From Candidatus Freyarchaeum deiterrae (GTDB taxonomy: Archaea > Asgardarchaeota > Jordiarchaeia > Jordiarchaeales > Jordiarchaeaceae), in assembly GCA_037305845.1 (NCBI GenBank), contig CP147778.1, forward strand, positions 1,440,001 to 1,504,000: 64,000 bases of DNA, written 5' to 3'. The position numbers were made by a program, and so were the translations under genes. Shown one piece after another: positions 42,630 through 52,558 of this stretch. How positions within the stretch are numbered: the stretch's first letter is position 1; every line of letters begins with the position of its first letter. The notes under the pieces are model-generated. The model had not been told where the DNA came from, searched no databases, and saw nothing but the letters and a program-made list of their open reading frames with translations.

Positions 42630-43672
42630 CTATTGGGTTTTTTCTTCTTTGTGTTTTTTCCATAGTGAGGGGTAGGTTCCGGGTTCCATTAGTACTCTGT
42701 CTACTTCTACTGCGATTCCGTGATTTGAAGAGTACATTTCTTCGCTGCTCATTTTTGAGCTGCCTAAAGCTACTGCTTCATTTTTGAGTGTGAAAATAGC
42801 AACAAGGTTCCTTACACCTATTTCGCTCTCTAGCTTTACTATTCCTGGGACTGTTAGGTTGGCGCCATGGCAGATAGAGTCCACGGCTGAGTCGCGTATG
42901 AATATTTTGGGTATGTGTTCTAATGCCTTTTCCATGGGTTGTATTATGTTTCTTAAGAAGGATTCATCTCCATCTTCCTTCCAAAAATGGTAAGCATCAA
43001 TAACATCATGCAGGTTTGCAAGAGTATCTTCTTTGAAAGGCCCGGTTCGGGTTCGTCTGAGTTCTTTCATATGGGCGCCGCAGCCCAAGATTTCACCAAT
43101 ATCGTGGCAGAGCTTTCTTATGTAGGTACCCGCCTCGCAACCAACGCGAAGAAGCCCGTTTCGAGCCTCCATCTCTTTTAATTCAATATAGTATATTTCC
43201 CTAATTCTAAGTCTTCTTCTAACGGAGGAGCGGAGTGGTGGGCGTTGATATATTGGCCCTACGAGCTCATTTACAACGTTCCTGAACTTCTCTTCTGGCA
43301 CGTCGCCGTGTAGTTGAATGACGCAGACGTATTCTTTCCCCGCCGGAAGAAGAGTCTGAACCACTTTGGTTGCTGATTCCAAAGCTACAGGGAGTACCCC
43401 GGTGACTTTGGGATTTCACTACTCCTCGCAAAATGCTAGAGGAGTTCTAGTGTCCCAGAGTGACCCGCCTTTTGAATATTGAGAATTTTTTTAACCCAGC
43501 TAACTACTTCATGCGAAGTTGGGCCAGGGGGCTTATCCACATTGATTATACCATTTTTTATGTATTCTTCTATTGGGCGTTGGTTGGGTGGGGTTCCATA
43601 CGTGGGGTCTGAAGTTGCTTCGGCTTTTTCAATTAATTCTCTTTTCTTGTCACTTGGTAAAAAGTGGTCCAT
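42630..43672 (-). CDS. cbf5: H/ACA pseudouridine synthase Cbf5; two exons (43672-43447, 43414-42630), 336 aa spliced
   Basis: [25 protein letters not shown] across junction, [11 protein letters not shown] domain. Confidence 0.97.
43415..43446 (-). other. 32-nt canonical BHB intron in cbf5 mRNA
   Basis: UGGGA CACU AG|A ACUCCUC...GAGGAGU AGUG AA|A UCCCA; splits the catalytic Asp codon G|AU. Confidence 0.96.
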
Positions 43673-43762
43673 TAAACCAGCCTCATTGTAAATTTTTTTT
43701 AATTTCTTCTGGAATTTAAATAAAAAGAAGTGTAGATTGATTTTTTATACCAGTCTCTTTTT

Positions 43763-44044
43763 TTAGAGATTGATTTTTGCTTTTTCCTTCATCGTATCTA
43801 ACAAGCCGGCATTTTTTAGCAATTCAGCGATTTCGGAGTCTTCAGCCCCGCGTTTAATTTCAATCTTTTTCTCTGTGACTTCCAAATGTTTAACATTTGA
43901 TCTGCGTCTTCTAACCTTGTTTACTGAAGGCGGGCCTGTGATAAGGACATAGTTTTTGTCGATAACTTCAACTATTACGCATCTTTGGCCGGCTTCTCTT
44001 CCTGTTATTTTTATGCAGATTTTTCCGGGTTCAATTGCAGCCAT
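43763..44044 (-). CDS. rpl14e: Ribosomal protein L14e
   Basis: G.IC.K..GREAG..CVIV..ID, V.RRR.N..HLE. Confidence 0.96.
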   Translation of the reverse strand: MAAIEPGKICIKITGREAGQRCVIVEVIDKNYVLITGPPSVNKVRRRRSNVKHLEVTEKKIEIKRGAEDSEIAELLKNAGLLDTMKEKAKINL

Positions 44045-44105
44045 TTTTCTAAACCTCCAGCCACTCTTGAGTCTTCCTCTAGGTCGCCCTAGTAGGTTCA
44101 ACCTC

Positions 44106-44648
44106 TTATGAGGACGAGGTGAGATACTCTTCTACAACAGTCTTTAAAATCTTTACTATAGAGTCGAGTGACCATAATTCTGTGTTGATTATTACATCGA
44201 AAATGGAGTAATCATCAACATTTATGTTATAGAGTTTTTTAAATCTCTCCTTCTCGCTCCTTTCTCTTACGAGGGTTTCCTCAAGAGCCTCCTTGTATGT
44301 TTTGTTATCTCTTTCAGAGAGCCTTTTAACTCTTACTTCTAATGGGGCGGTTAGTAATATCTTTATATCAGCAAAGTCTCCAGCTTTCCATGCGCTTAGA
44401 CAAGCATCTATAATCACATCGCCTTCTTTTGCGGCTTGAACAGTCTCCTCATCAATCTCATGATCTACTTCAGGATTTTTCTCAACATAACGGCTAAATT
44501 TCTCTAAGGACATGCCTTTTTCTTTAGCTAAGCGACGGAAGATATCTCCAGAAGAAAGATACTTCAAATTAAATTCCTTTGCTAAGATTTTCGCGCAACC
44601 AGATTTTCCTACGCCGTGCAAACCGCTAACGGTTACAACAATACCCAC
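44106..44648 (-). CDS. cmk: Cytidylate kinase (archaeal type)
   Basis: SGLHGVGKS P-loop, G.IFR.LAKE.GM; conserved position L34e-cmk-L14e. Confidence 0.92.
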   Translation of the reverse strand: MGIVVTVSGLHGVGKSGCAKILAKEFNLKYLSSGDIFRRLAKEKGMSLEKFSRYVEKNPEVDHEIDEETVQAAKEGDVIIDACLSAWKAGDFADIKILLTAPLEVRVKRLSERDNKTYKEALEETLVRERSEKERFKKLYNINVDDYSIFDVIINTELWSLDSIVKILKTVVEEYLTSSS

Positions 44649-44914
44649 TACTTGATGCCCCTGATGCTACTCTTATAGAATAATTTTAAACATCGAGAAC
44701 AGAGATAACCACCGTAAGGTCTTTCTGGGCGCCTTTGAGTTTTTGATTTTGCTTCTGAAGTGCGTTCGCTCCAGCAGCCTGGAAGGATCGCCCCGCAGGA
44801 AGCGCAAACCGGTTTATCAGCCTTCTCTCGGCCGTAATGGGTAACCAGTTTCCCTCCCGGTGTTTTAACTTTCTTCCTTAGCATAGATCTAGATCTGTAT
44901 TTCGGACTAGGCAT
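44648..44914 (-). CDS. rpl34e: Ribosomal protein L34e
   Basis: KTPGG, CASCG, RPERPYGGYLC..C. Confidence 0.96.
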   Translation of the reverse strand: MPSPKYRSRSMLRKKVKTPGGKLVTHYGREKADKPVCASCGAILPGCWSERTSEAKSKTQRRPERPYGGYLCSRCLKLFYKSSIRGIK

Positions 44915-44927
44915 TTTTATCACCATC

Positions 44928-45575
44928 CTAAGTTTCAAAATTCACTCCAAACAGACGCATAAAAATACTCTGGAAAGCAAGGTTACAAATGAAATACCAC
45001 CATATAAACCAGAGTCCGAAGCCAGGAATTGAAGACCAAGCAATGGTAGGTAGGCCCAGAAGTGTATTCACATAAGAGGAGATTGTGGAGGCAAAAATTT
45101 GAGGCAAATAGACAAGTATACCCGCTTGCCACATTAACCAATTGAAGTTTATATATCCTGGTCCGACCAGCGCTCCCATCATTCCAGACGGAATAAAGGA
45201 AAGACTGTTTAGGTTAATTGGAAGCACCGCAGTTACGTAGGCAATCCCTGAGGTTGAATAGAGGCTGTTTAGATAAGCGAATATAATCCAAAATGGTATC
45301 ATGAAAAGGAGAGTGGGCCTGAGGCGTACTGTTCCTTGTTCTCTTGTAATTCTTTCAATAAACTTTTGTTTCCTCTCTAGTTTCAATATTAGTTTTTGGT
45401 TATTTTCCTTTTTCGCATCGGCCATGGCTTGTCGATATTTTCTGATCTCTCTGCTATATCTACGAATCTTAGCCACGGGTAAAACCAGCCTATTAACAGC
45501 ACCTGTAATAGCACCTATCGCAACAGAAACTCCAAGGATAACCCACATCGATTCAGGAGGAGCTTGAATACTCAT
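44928..45575 (-). CDS. DUF106 (EMC3/TMCO1/Oxa1-superfamily) membrane protein
   Basis: TM, coiled coil, RP.L...IP TM, WWYF.C C-terminal TM; position between adk and L34e. Confidence 0.85.
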   Translation of the reverse strand: MSIQAPPESMWVILGVSVAIGAITGAVNRLVLPVAKIRRYSREIRKYRQAMADAKKENNQKLILKLERKQKFIERITREQGTVRLRPTLLFMIPFWIIFAYLNSLYSTSGIAYVTAVLPINLNSLSFIPSGMMGALVGPGYINFNWLMWQAGILVYLPQIFASTISSYVNTLLGLPTIAWSSIPGFGLWFIWWYFICNLAFQSIFMRLFGVNFET

Positions 45576-45605
45576 TTAACCACCTTCCAGTAGACTATAT
45601 ATACT

Positions 45606-46208
45606 CTATCTTTCCAAAGCCTTAAATAACTTAACGGTATCAGCAGCGGCTTCTTCTGCTTTTCCATCATGATTTATGATTATCTTCACAGTAGACCCAG
45701 AGATTTCCGCGCTGGCCAAAGCGGCAGCCCTGCATAACTCTTGGTGTAACTTTATATCTTCGACGGATTCTGTGTCCCGAGTTCTAGTCGCATCCTTGCT
45801 GCGTCGGCCCGCGACTTCTTCAGGAGAGGCCTCAACCAATATTATGGTGTCAGGACGAAGAGCTTCAGTAACCCAGATTGGAATACCCGGCAGAAAACCT
45901 TCGGGTGTTTTAATGAGAATGTGTGTATCCACAATAACAATCTTACTCTTTGCAGTGTTAGCAATCTTCTTAGCCGCTGAACGCTGTATTTCACGCTGCG
46001 TCTCAGCTGGTAAACCTCTCATTTGATCCCTACTCTCTACCAGGCCCTTAGATTTTGCCTCGTCAAACATTACTGTGCCGTAGTTCATTATCACAACCTC
46101 TCCCATACCCGAAGTACGAGCCGCCTCGATTGAAGCGTCTAAGACCGTACTCTTCCCAACTCCAGGTATTCCGGTTACAACGAATATTCTACCATGTCTA
46201 TCCGTCAA
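45606..46208 (-). CDS. adkA: Archaeal adenylate kinase
   Basis: TGIPGVGKST, NYG..M, RD.MR, VDTH, G.LPG.P. Confidence 0.96.
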   Translation of the reverse strand: MTDRHGRIFVVTGIPGVGKSTVLDASIEAARTSGMGEVVIMNYGTVMFDEAKSKGLVESRDQMRGLPAETQREIQRSAAKKIANTAKSKIVIVDTHILIKTPEGFLPGIPIWVTEALRPDTIILVEASPEEVAGRRSKDATRTRDTESVEDIKLHQELCRAAALASAEISGSTVKIIINHDGKAEEAAADTVKLFKALER

Positions 46209-46223
46209 TTAAAAGGCCTCCAA

Positions 46224-47903
46224 CTAATCAACACCAAGTAGGCCCTTGAGAGCAGGATTAACAGTTGCAAGTTGTTCCTGAGCGATTATTTGATAGTACT
46301 GGTAAATAATACCCACAGTTAACAGCACTCCAACACCACTGCCCAAAGCACCTGCAAAATCAGCCAAAGTAGCTAAAACACCAACACCTAACCCACCAAG
46401 AATTGTAACCACAGGAATATATCTGTCCAGTACCTTTTCAACAATTTTTGGTGATCTCCTAAATCCTGGCACCATCATTCCTGCTTGTATGAGCTGGTTT
46501 GCTATGTCTCGAGAACTTAATCCGGATACATCAATCCAGATGTATGCAAAAACAGCACATAAACCAGAGAATAGTAGCAGATAAACTCCCGCTCTTGCCG
46601 GGTTAGCGAAAACAGCGGATAAACCGTGTATTGTTGTTAAATAGTATACTGCACCACCGTAGGGTACTAATTGTGATTGCGTACCCCAGTTAGGGATAAA
46701 TTGGCCTAAAATGTTTACCAGAGGGTTAAAGTTCCAACCAACGTTATACTGTGCTATCCAGTAATATTGTAATAACCAACTAGAACTACCGGGTATTAGT
46801 GATAAGTAACTATAAATGGGTACGAAGCCGAAATTGGTCCATATCACTTGGGCCAACATCAAAGCGTTAGCGTAGAGCGCCCAAACTAGAATAACGGGGA
46901 TGTTTGAAGTGTAGAAGAATTTGATGGGATAACGGCCTCGAAAACCTCGATAACGAGCATACTGAAGTGGAATCTCCACTCTTACAGACTCTATGTAGAC
47001 AACAACAAGGAAGGTTATAAAGACCGCAATTAAACCAATCAGGTCGGGTTGACCACTACCTCTGTTAAAAAGATGCCAAATTGCCACTTGGGGATAGAAA
47101 AGTTGATATATGAATGCAGCTTGAGCCCACTGCGTAGCGTAAGGAAGCGCATTTATATAGTATAGGTAAGGCTGAGCAGCTGTGGGAGGGTAAATAATTC
47201 TAAACTGCGAAATGACTTGTTGGAACACTGTAAAAGTGTAAGTGTAGGGAAATTGCAGTGTTTGAATAGCTGCAAGAACTATACCGCTTGCTAGATAATC
47301 ATACGGACTTGAATTTAGGTTAAAGCAGCCATAAAAAATCTGCCCTGCAACGTTGGCTGCGATAAATAAGCTTACACCGCTACCAAGACCCCACCCCTTC
47401 TGAATCGTTTCATCCATAAGAATCAGAAGGAATCCTGAGAACAGTAATTGACCCAAGACGAAAATCATAGTGGTTCCGGAAAGTTGCCCGTAAGCGCCAG
47501 AGAGTATATAGATTAACCCCTGCACCAATGTAATTAGAAAAGCTAAAACTTTCTGTGTTCCAGTGAATAACGCACGGTCATCAGGATTACCGTAATCCAT
47601 CTGAATCAGGCGGGAACCGACGAGCAACTGCATTATAAGTCCAGCCGTCACAATCGGACCAATGCCTAGCTCCATCAAAGTCCCACGCGACGAGGCAAGG
47701 ATCGTACGCATGAAATAAAGGTAATCGTATCCTTGTCCAGATTGGATACCATATAATGGAATATTTGACATCACGAGAAAGATTACGAGGATTACACCTG
47801 TCCATAACAGTTTCTCTCTAAAGGATACCTGTCTCTCCGGTATTCTGATTTCGGGAAAGGACTTTATAATAGGTTTAAAAGCGCTTAGGAAGGTTCCTGC
47901 CAT
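46224..47903 (-). CDS. secY: Protein translocase SecY/Sec61alpha with enlarged external loops
   Basis: GTLMELGIGPIVTA, GWGLGSGVSLFIA, YPIK..YTSNIP, PGFRR. Confidence 0.98.
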   Translation of the reverse strand: MAGTFLSAFKPIIKSFPEIRIPERQVSFREKLLWTGVILVIFLVMSNIPLYGIQSGQGYDYLYFMRTILASSRGTLMELGIGPIVTAGLIMQLLVGSRLIQMDYGNPDDRALFTGTQKVLAFLITLVQGLIYILSGAYGQLSGTTMIFVLGQLLFSGFLLILMDETIQKGWGLGSGVSLFIAANVAGQIFYGCFNLNSSPYDYLASGIVLAAIQTLQFPYTYTFTVFQQVISQFRIIYPPTAAQPYLYYINALPYATQWAQAAFIYQLFYPQVAIWHLFNRGSGQPDLIGLIAVFITFLVVVYIESVRVEIPLQYARYRGFRGRYPIKFFYTSNIPVILVWALYANALMLAQVIWTNFGFVPIYSYLSLIPGSSSWLLQYYWIAQYNVGWNFNPLVNILGQFIPNWGTQSQLVPYGGAVYYLTTIHGLSAVFANPARAGVYLLLFSGLCAVFAYIWIDVSGLSSRDIANQLIQAGMMVPGFRRSPKIVEKVLDRYIPVVTILGGLGVGVLATLADFAGALGSGVGVLLTVGIIYQYYQIIAQEQLATVNPALKGLLGVD

Positions 47904-48133
47904 TTTCCATTTCACTCCGCGGCTTTATGATTTGAAATTCGAGTTTGTTTGGTTTTGTGAGCGAATCCTTATATAATTTTCTTTATATTTTTTGCTATTG
48001 AATTGTTTTTTGGGTTTATATGTCCATTGGCTCTTTTAAAGACACTAATTTTATTGTATTTTATGCTTTGCGTTTAAAACTAATCCTTTAAGAAACATAG
48101 AAAATTAAATTAGTTATTTAACGAGTACGACTT

Positions 48134-48574
48134 TTATTTTTCTAGGGTAATGACCTTTCCGCCTGCTTCCTCAATTTTCTCTTTCGCTTTCTCGCTGAAG
48201 ATTTCTGCTTTTACTATCAGTGCTTTTGTTACCTTACCTGATCCAAGAACTTTAGTAAACCCTAAACTGTTAAGGTCTATTACAGGCATTTTTTCTTGTT
48301 TTTCTTTAGAGAGTTTCTCGGCATTCTGATCTATCTCGCCTACATTTATTGTCAGGTCCTTTGTCACGAGTCTTTCATATCTGATAAATCCATGTTTTCC
48401 GAAATAGTCCGGAAAGAATTTGATGGTTTTGATCCAATTGCCTTTGTGTCCTCCGGTGTTTCCTCTTCCGCCTTTCTGACCTTTGTTCCTATGTTGCCCA
48501 ACTTGTCCCCAGGTGTGGGTTCTGGACCCACGTAATTTCCTTGACTTTTTCCTTCTTCTTAACACTGCCATCAC
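48134..48574 (-). CDS. rpl15: Ribosomal protein L15
   Basis: RGSRTH.WG, GGRG..G, FGKHGF, KVLG.G, KIEEAGG. Confidence 0.97.
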   Translation of the reverse strand: MMAVLRRRKKSRKLRGSRTHTWGQVGQHRNKGQKGGRGNTGGHKGNWIKTIKFFPDYFGKHGFIRYERLVTKDLTINVGEIDQNAEKLSKEKQEKMPVIDLNSLGFTKVLGSGKVTKALIVKAEIFSEKAKEKIEEAGGKVITLEK

Positions 48575-48773
48575 ACACTACCCAATTTAATTTGGTATAC
48601 GGTAGTTGCAATAAGCTTTGAGTCTTTATATTTTTTGCTACCAAACTGGTAGATGGGTTTAAAAAAACAGGTTGTTGGGATGGAGCTGAGACTGAAAACC
48701 ATCCTATAAGAAGAGTGCTTTTTATTTTGCTTTTTAAAAAAATGTTAGGTAGTTACTTGTTTTGTTTTTAGTT

Positions 48774-49319
48774 TTAGGCTTTTTGGGCGCGTATTTCTAG
48801 AACTCTATTTTTGTAAGTTGTTTCTACCGTTTTTGGGTTTATTTTGCATGGCATTTGGATTTCTTTGTTGTACTTTTTCATATTGGCATTAACCCATATG
48901 TAGATTGTATTTTTTGTAGCATCTATCTTTATATCGTCTTTTGTCACGCCGGGAATCTCTGCAAGGACTATAATTTCTTTACCTTCATCTAATACTTCAA
49001 CGAAGTGTTCCTCTTCTTTTTGTTCTAGTTGTGCTGGTGGGGGTAGAAATTGATTATCGCCCTTTCCAAGTTGTTTTATTTGAGGCTTACCGTCTGGACC
49101 AATTGTAACTGAGAAGCCATAAAACATGGGTGGTCGATTTTGGAAAAATTTTTCTGGATCTTTAAATATTTTTTCGGGGTTCTGATTCTGAAAAATTTGG
49201 CGCATCAATTCTTCTACCATTTGCTGAAATTGTTGAAAGTCCATGTTTCCAAAAATATCCCAGAAGGGGGGACGACGCTTCTTTTTTTCGTCACGGTCCT
49301 TTTCATCACGGTCTGGCAA
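48774..49319 (-). CDS. Small heat-shock protein (archaeal Hsp20)
   Basis: YGFSVTIGPDGKP, AEIPGV.K.DI, YKN.VLEI. Confidence 0.93.
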   Translation of the reverse strand: MPDRDEKDRDEKKKRRPPFWDIFGNMDFQQFQQMVEELMRQIFQNQNPEKIFKDPEKFFQNRPPMFYGFSVTIGPDGKPQIKQLGKGDNQFLPPPAQLEQKEEEHFVEVLDEGKEIIVLAEIPGVTKDDIKIDATKNTIYIWVNANMKKYNKEIQMPCKINPKTVETTYKNRVLEIRAQKA

Positions 49320-49463
49320 ATAAAAAGCCTCCTAATAAACGGTTTACCACCGTGATATAATAATGTATCGAATGCGGTGATGAGTTCTTTGAAAGCGAGT
49401 AATTCTTTGATATTTTTATTTATGCTGAGATTATTGAAATAATTTTTTTTAAAAAGGTATTTT

Positions 49464-49943
49464 TCAAATCATTTTCATTAGGAGTTCATTAATCTTTTCT
49501 CCACGGTTTCCGAGTTCTCCACTTGCATGGAATGATTTTTTTATTGTTCTATGAAACCCCTTTTTAGGAGGACGGAGTCTAAAAACAGGTTTGAGGTAGG
49601 GTATATCGCTTAATTTAGCCTGGTTTTTGTAAACTGCATTTGCGAATTCATCTACGGTTTTGAATTTTACGTTCTCTTTTATGTATTGATCGTTAAGTCT
49701 CTTGTCCCCTATTAGGCGACCTCTTTTAATTAGGAGCCAACTTAGAGTTTCAGCGTCTATTTCTCCCCAGGTAATGTAGTCCTTAGCTTTCTGTAACATT
49801 CCAAGGTAGCTCGGCGAGCTATTTATTAATGCAACATGGTTTATGTGGTGTAATCTAAGCATTTTTAGAGTATCGTTTATCTCGCCCCTAATATTAACAA
49901 GCCCTCGAAGTCTTATTACCGCTAAAAGTTTGTTTGATTCCAT
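49464..49943 (-). CDS. rpl30: Ribosomal protein L30p (uL30)
   Basis: AVIRLRG, GML.K.KDYITWGE, FRL.PP.KG. Confidence 0.96.
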   Translation of the reverse strand: MESNKLLAVIRLRGLVNIRGEINDTLKMLRLHHINHVALINSSPSYLGMLQKAKDYITWGEIDAETLSWLLIKRGRLIGDKRLNDQYIKENVKFKTVDEFANAVYKNQAKLSDIPYLKPVFRLRPPKKGFHRTIKKSFHASGELGNRGEKINELLMKMI

Positions 49944-49948
49944 AGATT

Positions 49949-50581
49949 TCAGCTCCTTACCCAGTCTTTTGGATGCATTATCTCGTACGTTTTTCTTAGG
50001 GCATCAAAGGTGGCATAAGCAAAGTTTACCGTGGTTTTAGTATGCCCTCGTGACCAAGACCAAATGTCGGTAATGCCGGCTAACCTCAAAACTATTCTTG
50101 CAACATCGGAGGCAACAAGTCCAACTCCTCGGGGTGCAGGAATTAGTTTAAGTTCCACGCTTCCAGATTTGCCTGTTACTTTGAATGGTAAAGAGTGCGG
50201 ATCACCGCATCCGCATTCCCAGCTTCCGCAGCCTCTGCGGGCGGGTATTATATTCATTTTAGCGTTTAATATTGCTTTTCTTATTGCGGGGCCTATTTCT
50301 GCAGCTTTCGACTCGCTTAGTCCAATATATCCATTGTTATTACCAACGGCCACAGTAGCTTTAAATCGGTTTTTTTCTCCCGCGTCTGTTTGCTTTTGGA
50401 CTAGGTTGATATCTATCACTTCTTCTTCCAATCCGGGAAGAAGGGTGTCTACTATTTGGGGTTCCATTATACGTAGGCTTTGCTGGAAAATTTCCTCTAT
50501 GCTTGTGATTAATCCTTCTTTGACCATTAAGCCTACTCTTGTTCTTGGACGCCACTCCTCTTCGACTTGTGTTTGAGCCAT
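49949..50581 (-). CDS. rps5: Ribosomal protein S5
   Basis: [20 protein letters not shown]. Confidence 0.98.
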   Translation of the reverse strand: MAQTQVEEEWRPRTRVGLMVKEGLITSIEEIFQQSLRIMEPQIVDTLLPGLEEEVIDINLVQKQTDAGEKNRFKATVAVGNNNGYIGLSESKAAEIGPAIRKAILNAKMNIIPARRGCGSWECGCGDPHSLPFKVTGKSGSVELKLIPAPRGVGLVASDVARIVLRLAGITDIWSWSRGHTKTTVNFAYATFDALRKTYEIMHPKDWVRS

Positions 50582-51187
50582 TTACTTTTTGCCTCCAAAA
50601 CTTGCGAGAATATTATTTTTTACCTCGTCGAAATGTTTGGGGAGATTTTCTGGTTTAACTCCGCGTTTTAACTGTTGCGAAAATTGTTTATTATATAGTT
50701 CAGATTTTTCAGATAGTGTCTTTGCGTATTTTGATATATGTTCACCGCGTATGCGGGAATCATCAGGAAGTACATCCTCACCGTGGGGAATATCAAGTTC
50801 TCCATCCAGAGCGCCCCTGAGAACCGCGAATAAGCTATTATTTTTAACAGATGGTTGTAATCCAATATCTAAAATGGTTTTTTTGATTTTTTTCTTTTGA
50901 GCCTTTAGGCCAATGAGAAGGCCTGTAAGGTAAGCTGCGGGAATGTTTCCACAGTGTCCTTTCCACCCATAGTTTTTCCTAAGCTCATTTGAATGAGCGG
51001 TAACTAAAACTCTATCCCCTTCGGGTAAGGATTCAATTATTTGTGCTGAAATATTATTTATATTCCTTCGCACAACTAACCTGGGTAATCTTGAAACTAA
51101 TAGTTTTCTTCTCAGATAGTAATCTGTTTTTTGTTCCCTTCTTCTTCTTACTGGAACTCTGTATCTCGGATTTTTGGGCATCATCAA
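50582..51187 (-). CDS. rpl18: Ribosomal protein L18p
   Basis: RRRRE.KTDY..R, RLVVR, AAYLTG. Confidence 0.97.
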   Translation of the reverse strand: MMMPKNPRYRVPVRRRREQKTDYYLRRKLLVSRLPRLVVRRNINNISAQIIESLPEGDRVLVTAHSNELRKNYGWKGHCGNIPAAYLTGLLIGLKAQKKKIKKTILDIGLQPSVKNNSLFAVLRGALDGELDIPHGEDVLPDDSRIRGEHISKYAKTLSEKSELYNKQFSQQLKRGVKPENLPKHFDEVKNNILASFGGKK

Positions 51188-51335
51188 GACCTCTAATGAA
51201 AGATTAAACGCATTTTAATTAGTTATTTTAGTATGAAATTGTGAAATAAACATCAACACTTATTGTTTAAAAGATTTCTACTAAATTGTTTTCTCCTGCC
51301 TTTTTTGGACTAGGTTTGCTATCATTTATTAATGT

Positions 51336-51788
51336 TTACCGTCTTTTTGCTAATTTTTGTTCTTTTATGTAGGACTTTATGTGTGCAGTATTGCGGAAGG
51401 TTCCACCCTTAGCCAATAGGTAAAGCCTTCTATGAACGGTTGGAGTAATGGTTTTACTGGATCTCATCGCACGCAAGACTCTTCGGATCGGCCGGATTCT
51501 GTTTATCCAAAGCCGTTTTCTAGTAATGCGTGAATACTTTGCGCCTCTTCGTTTTCCCTCGCCACGCCTCTGTCCTTTCCTTTTTTTCTCTGTTAGGTTC
51601 CGTGTTCTTCCTCTGCTTGTTCCTACAATTCCTCTAGCACGTATTGCTTTGCTCCTAATTAAGGCTCGAACATCTTCCTTTCTAATAGCCATTGAAACGT
51701 TATCTATATTTTCAGGGTCTATCCATATCCTATTTTCACCGACTTTAAGGATACTTGCAGCCATTTTTCTCTGTGCTCTAAGATTCAA
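51336..51788 (-). CDS. rpl19e: Ribosomal protein L19e
   Basis: Q..MAA.IL.VG..RIW.DP, SRGR, W..RIR, AKGG.F. Confidence 0.97.
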   Translation of the reverse strand: MNLRAQRKMAASILKVGENRIWIDPENIDNVSMAIRKEDVRALIRSKAIRARGIVGTSRGRTRNLTEKKRKGQRRGEGKRRGAKYSRITRKRLWINRIRPIRRVLRAMRSSKTITPTVHRRLYLLAKGGTFRNTAHIKSYIKEQKLAKRR

Positions 51789-51829
51789 CGTGTTATCCCT
51801 CTTCTTTTTCTATGATTTTATTAGTCTTT

Positions 51830-52558
51830 TTACTTTTCTTCACCCTTTTTCTTGGTTTTTTCTTTTGCTGCTTCAACCAGTTCTTTAATCTGTGCAGCAG
51901 GTAATTTTATTATCTGGGATAGCTCATCAATTTCTGTTTCCTGAGCTAAATCATTTGCACTAAATATGCCTACTTCTTTGAGTTTCTTAACTATTGCCTT
52001 GTCCATGCCTTTAATGGCAGTTAATTCGATTTCTCCTCTGGTCAACCCTGCTTCTTGGACTTTCTTTTTACCTTTTTGCTTTTTATCAGTCTCTAATTCT
52101 TCTAGTTCTAGACCCTCGAGATCCTCCTCCCTGAGGGTTTCTCCTTTTTCTAGTCCTTCCTCAAACTCCTCCTCAGCTAGAATTACTCGCGGATTCAGCA
52201 CCCATATTGTCTTTTTTTCTGCCGAATCCATAATGTCAACTGCTTTACGTCTACCAACGGTGCTAGCTATACGAATAGCTTGTTTCTCGGGGTCAATCTT
52301 ATCTAAATCTTGAACATTATGGACTAATACTTCATCAAATCCCGAGGGGTGGAAACCCCTTATCTTCTTTGGTGCGCCATATCCTATGCTGGGAGATTTG
52401 GGTACACCCTTTCTCTTATGTCTCGTGATACTGTCGGTTCCCTTGGGTGCACGCCAATGCTTCTTTATTCTCTGGTGACGCCAACTTTCATAAGCAACAA
52501 AGGTTGGTTTTTTATCTTTGACCTTTTTACGAACCCGTAAGAGTCTCTTTTCACTCAA
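51830..52558 (-). CDS. rpl32e: Ribosomal protein L32e with about 118-aa C-terminal acidic + HhH-like extension
   Basis: KP.F, WR.PKG, P..GYG, G.HPSG, IA.TVG..K, VLNP then extension. Confidence 0.95.
   Translation of the reverse strand: MSEKRLLRVRKKVKDKKPTFVAYESWRHQRIKKHWRAPKGTDSITRHKRKGVPKSPSIGYGAPKKIRGFHPSGFDEVLVHNVQDLDKIDPEKQAIRIASTVGRRKAVDIMDSAEKKTIWVLNPRVILAEEEFEEGLEKGETLREEDLEGLELEELETDKKQKGKKKVQEAGLTRGEIELTAIKGMDKAIVKKLKEVGIFSANDLAQETEIDELSQIIKLPAAQIKELVEAAKEKTKKKGEEK

Noticed and set aside
46660-47320. SecY inserts as in-frame introns or inteins
   Set aside because: No BHB ends or intein terminal motifs noticed; sequence looks like ordinary loop coding.
49377-49428. GTGATGA...CTGA as a C/D box sRNA
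   Set aside because: No convincing internal D'/C' boxes, T-rich low-complexity guides, and it overlaps the hsp20 upstream region.
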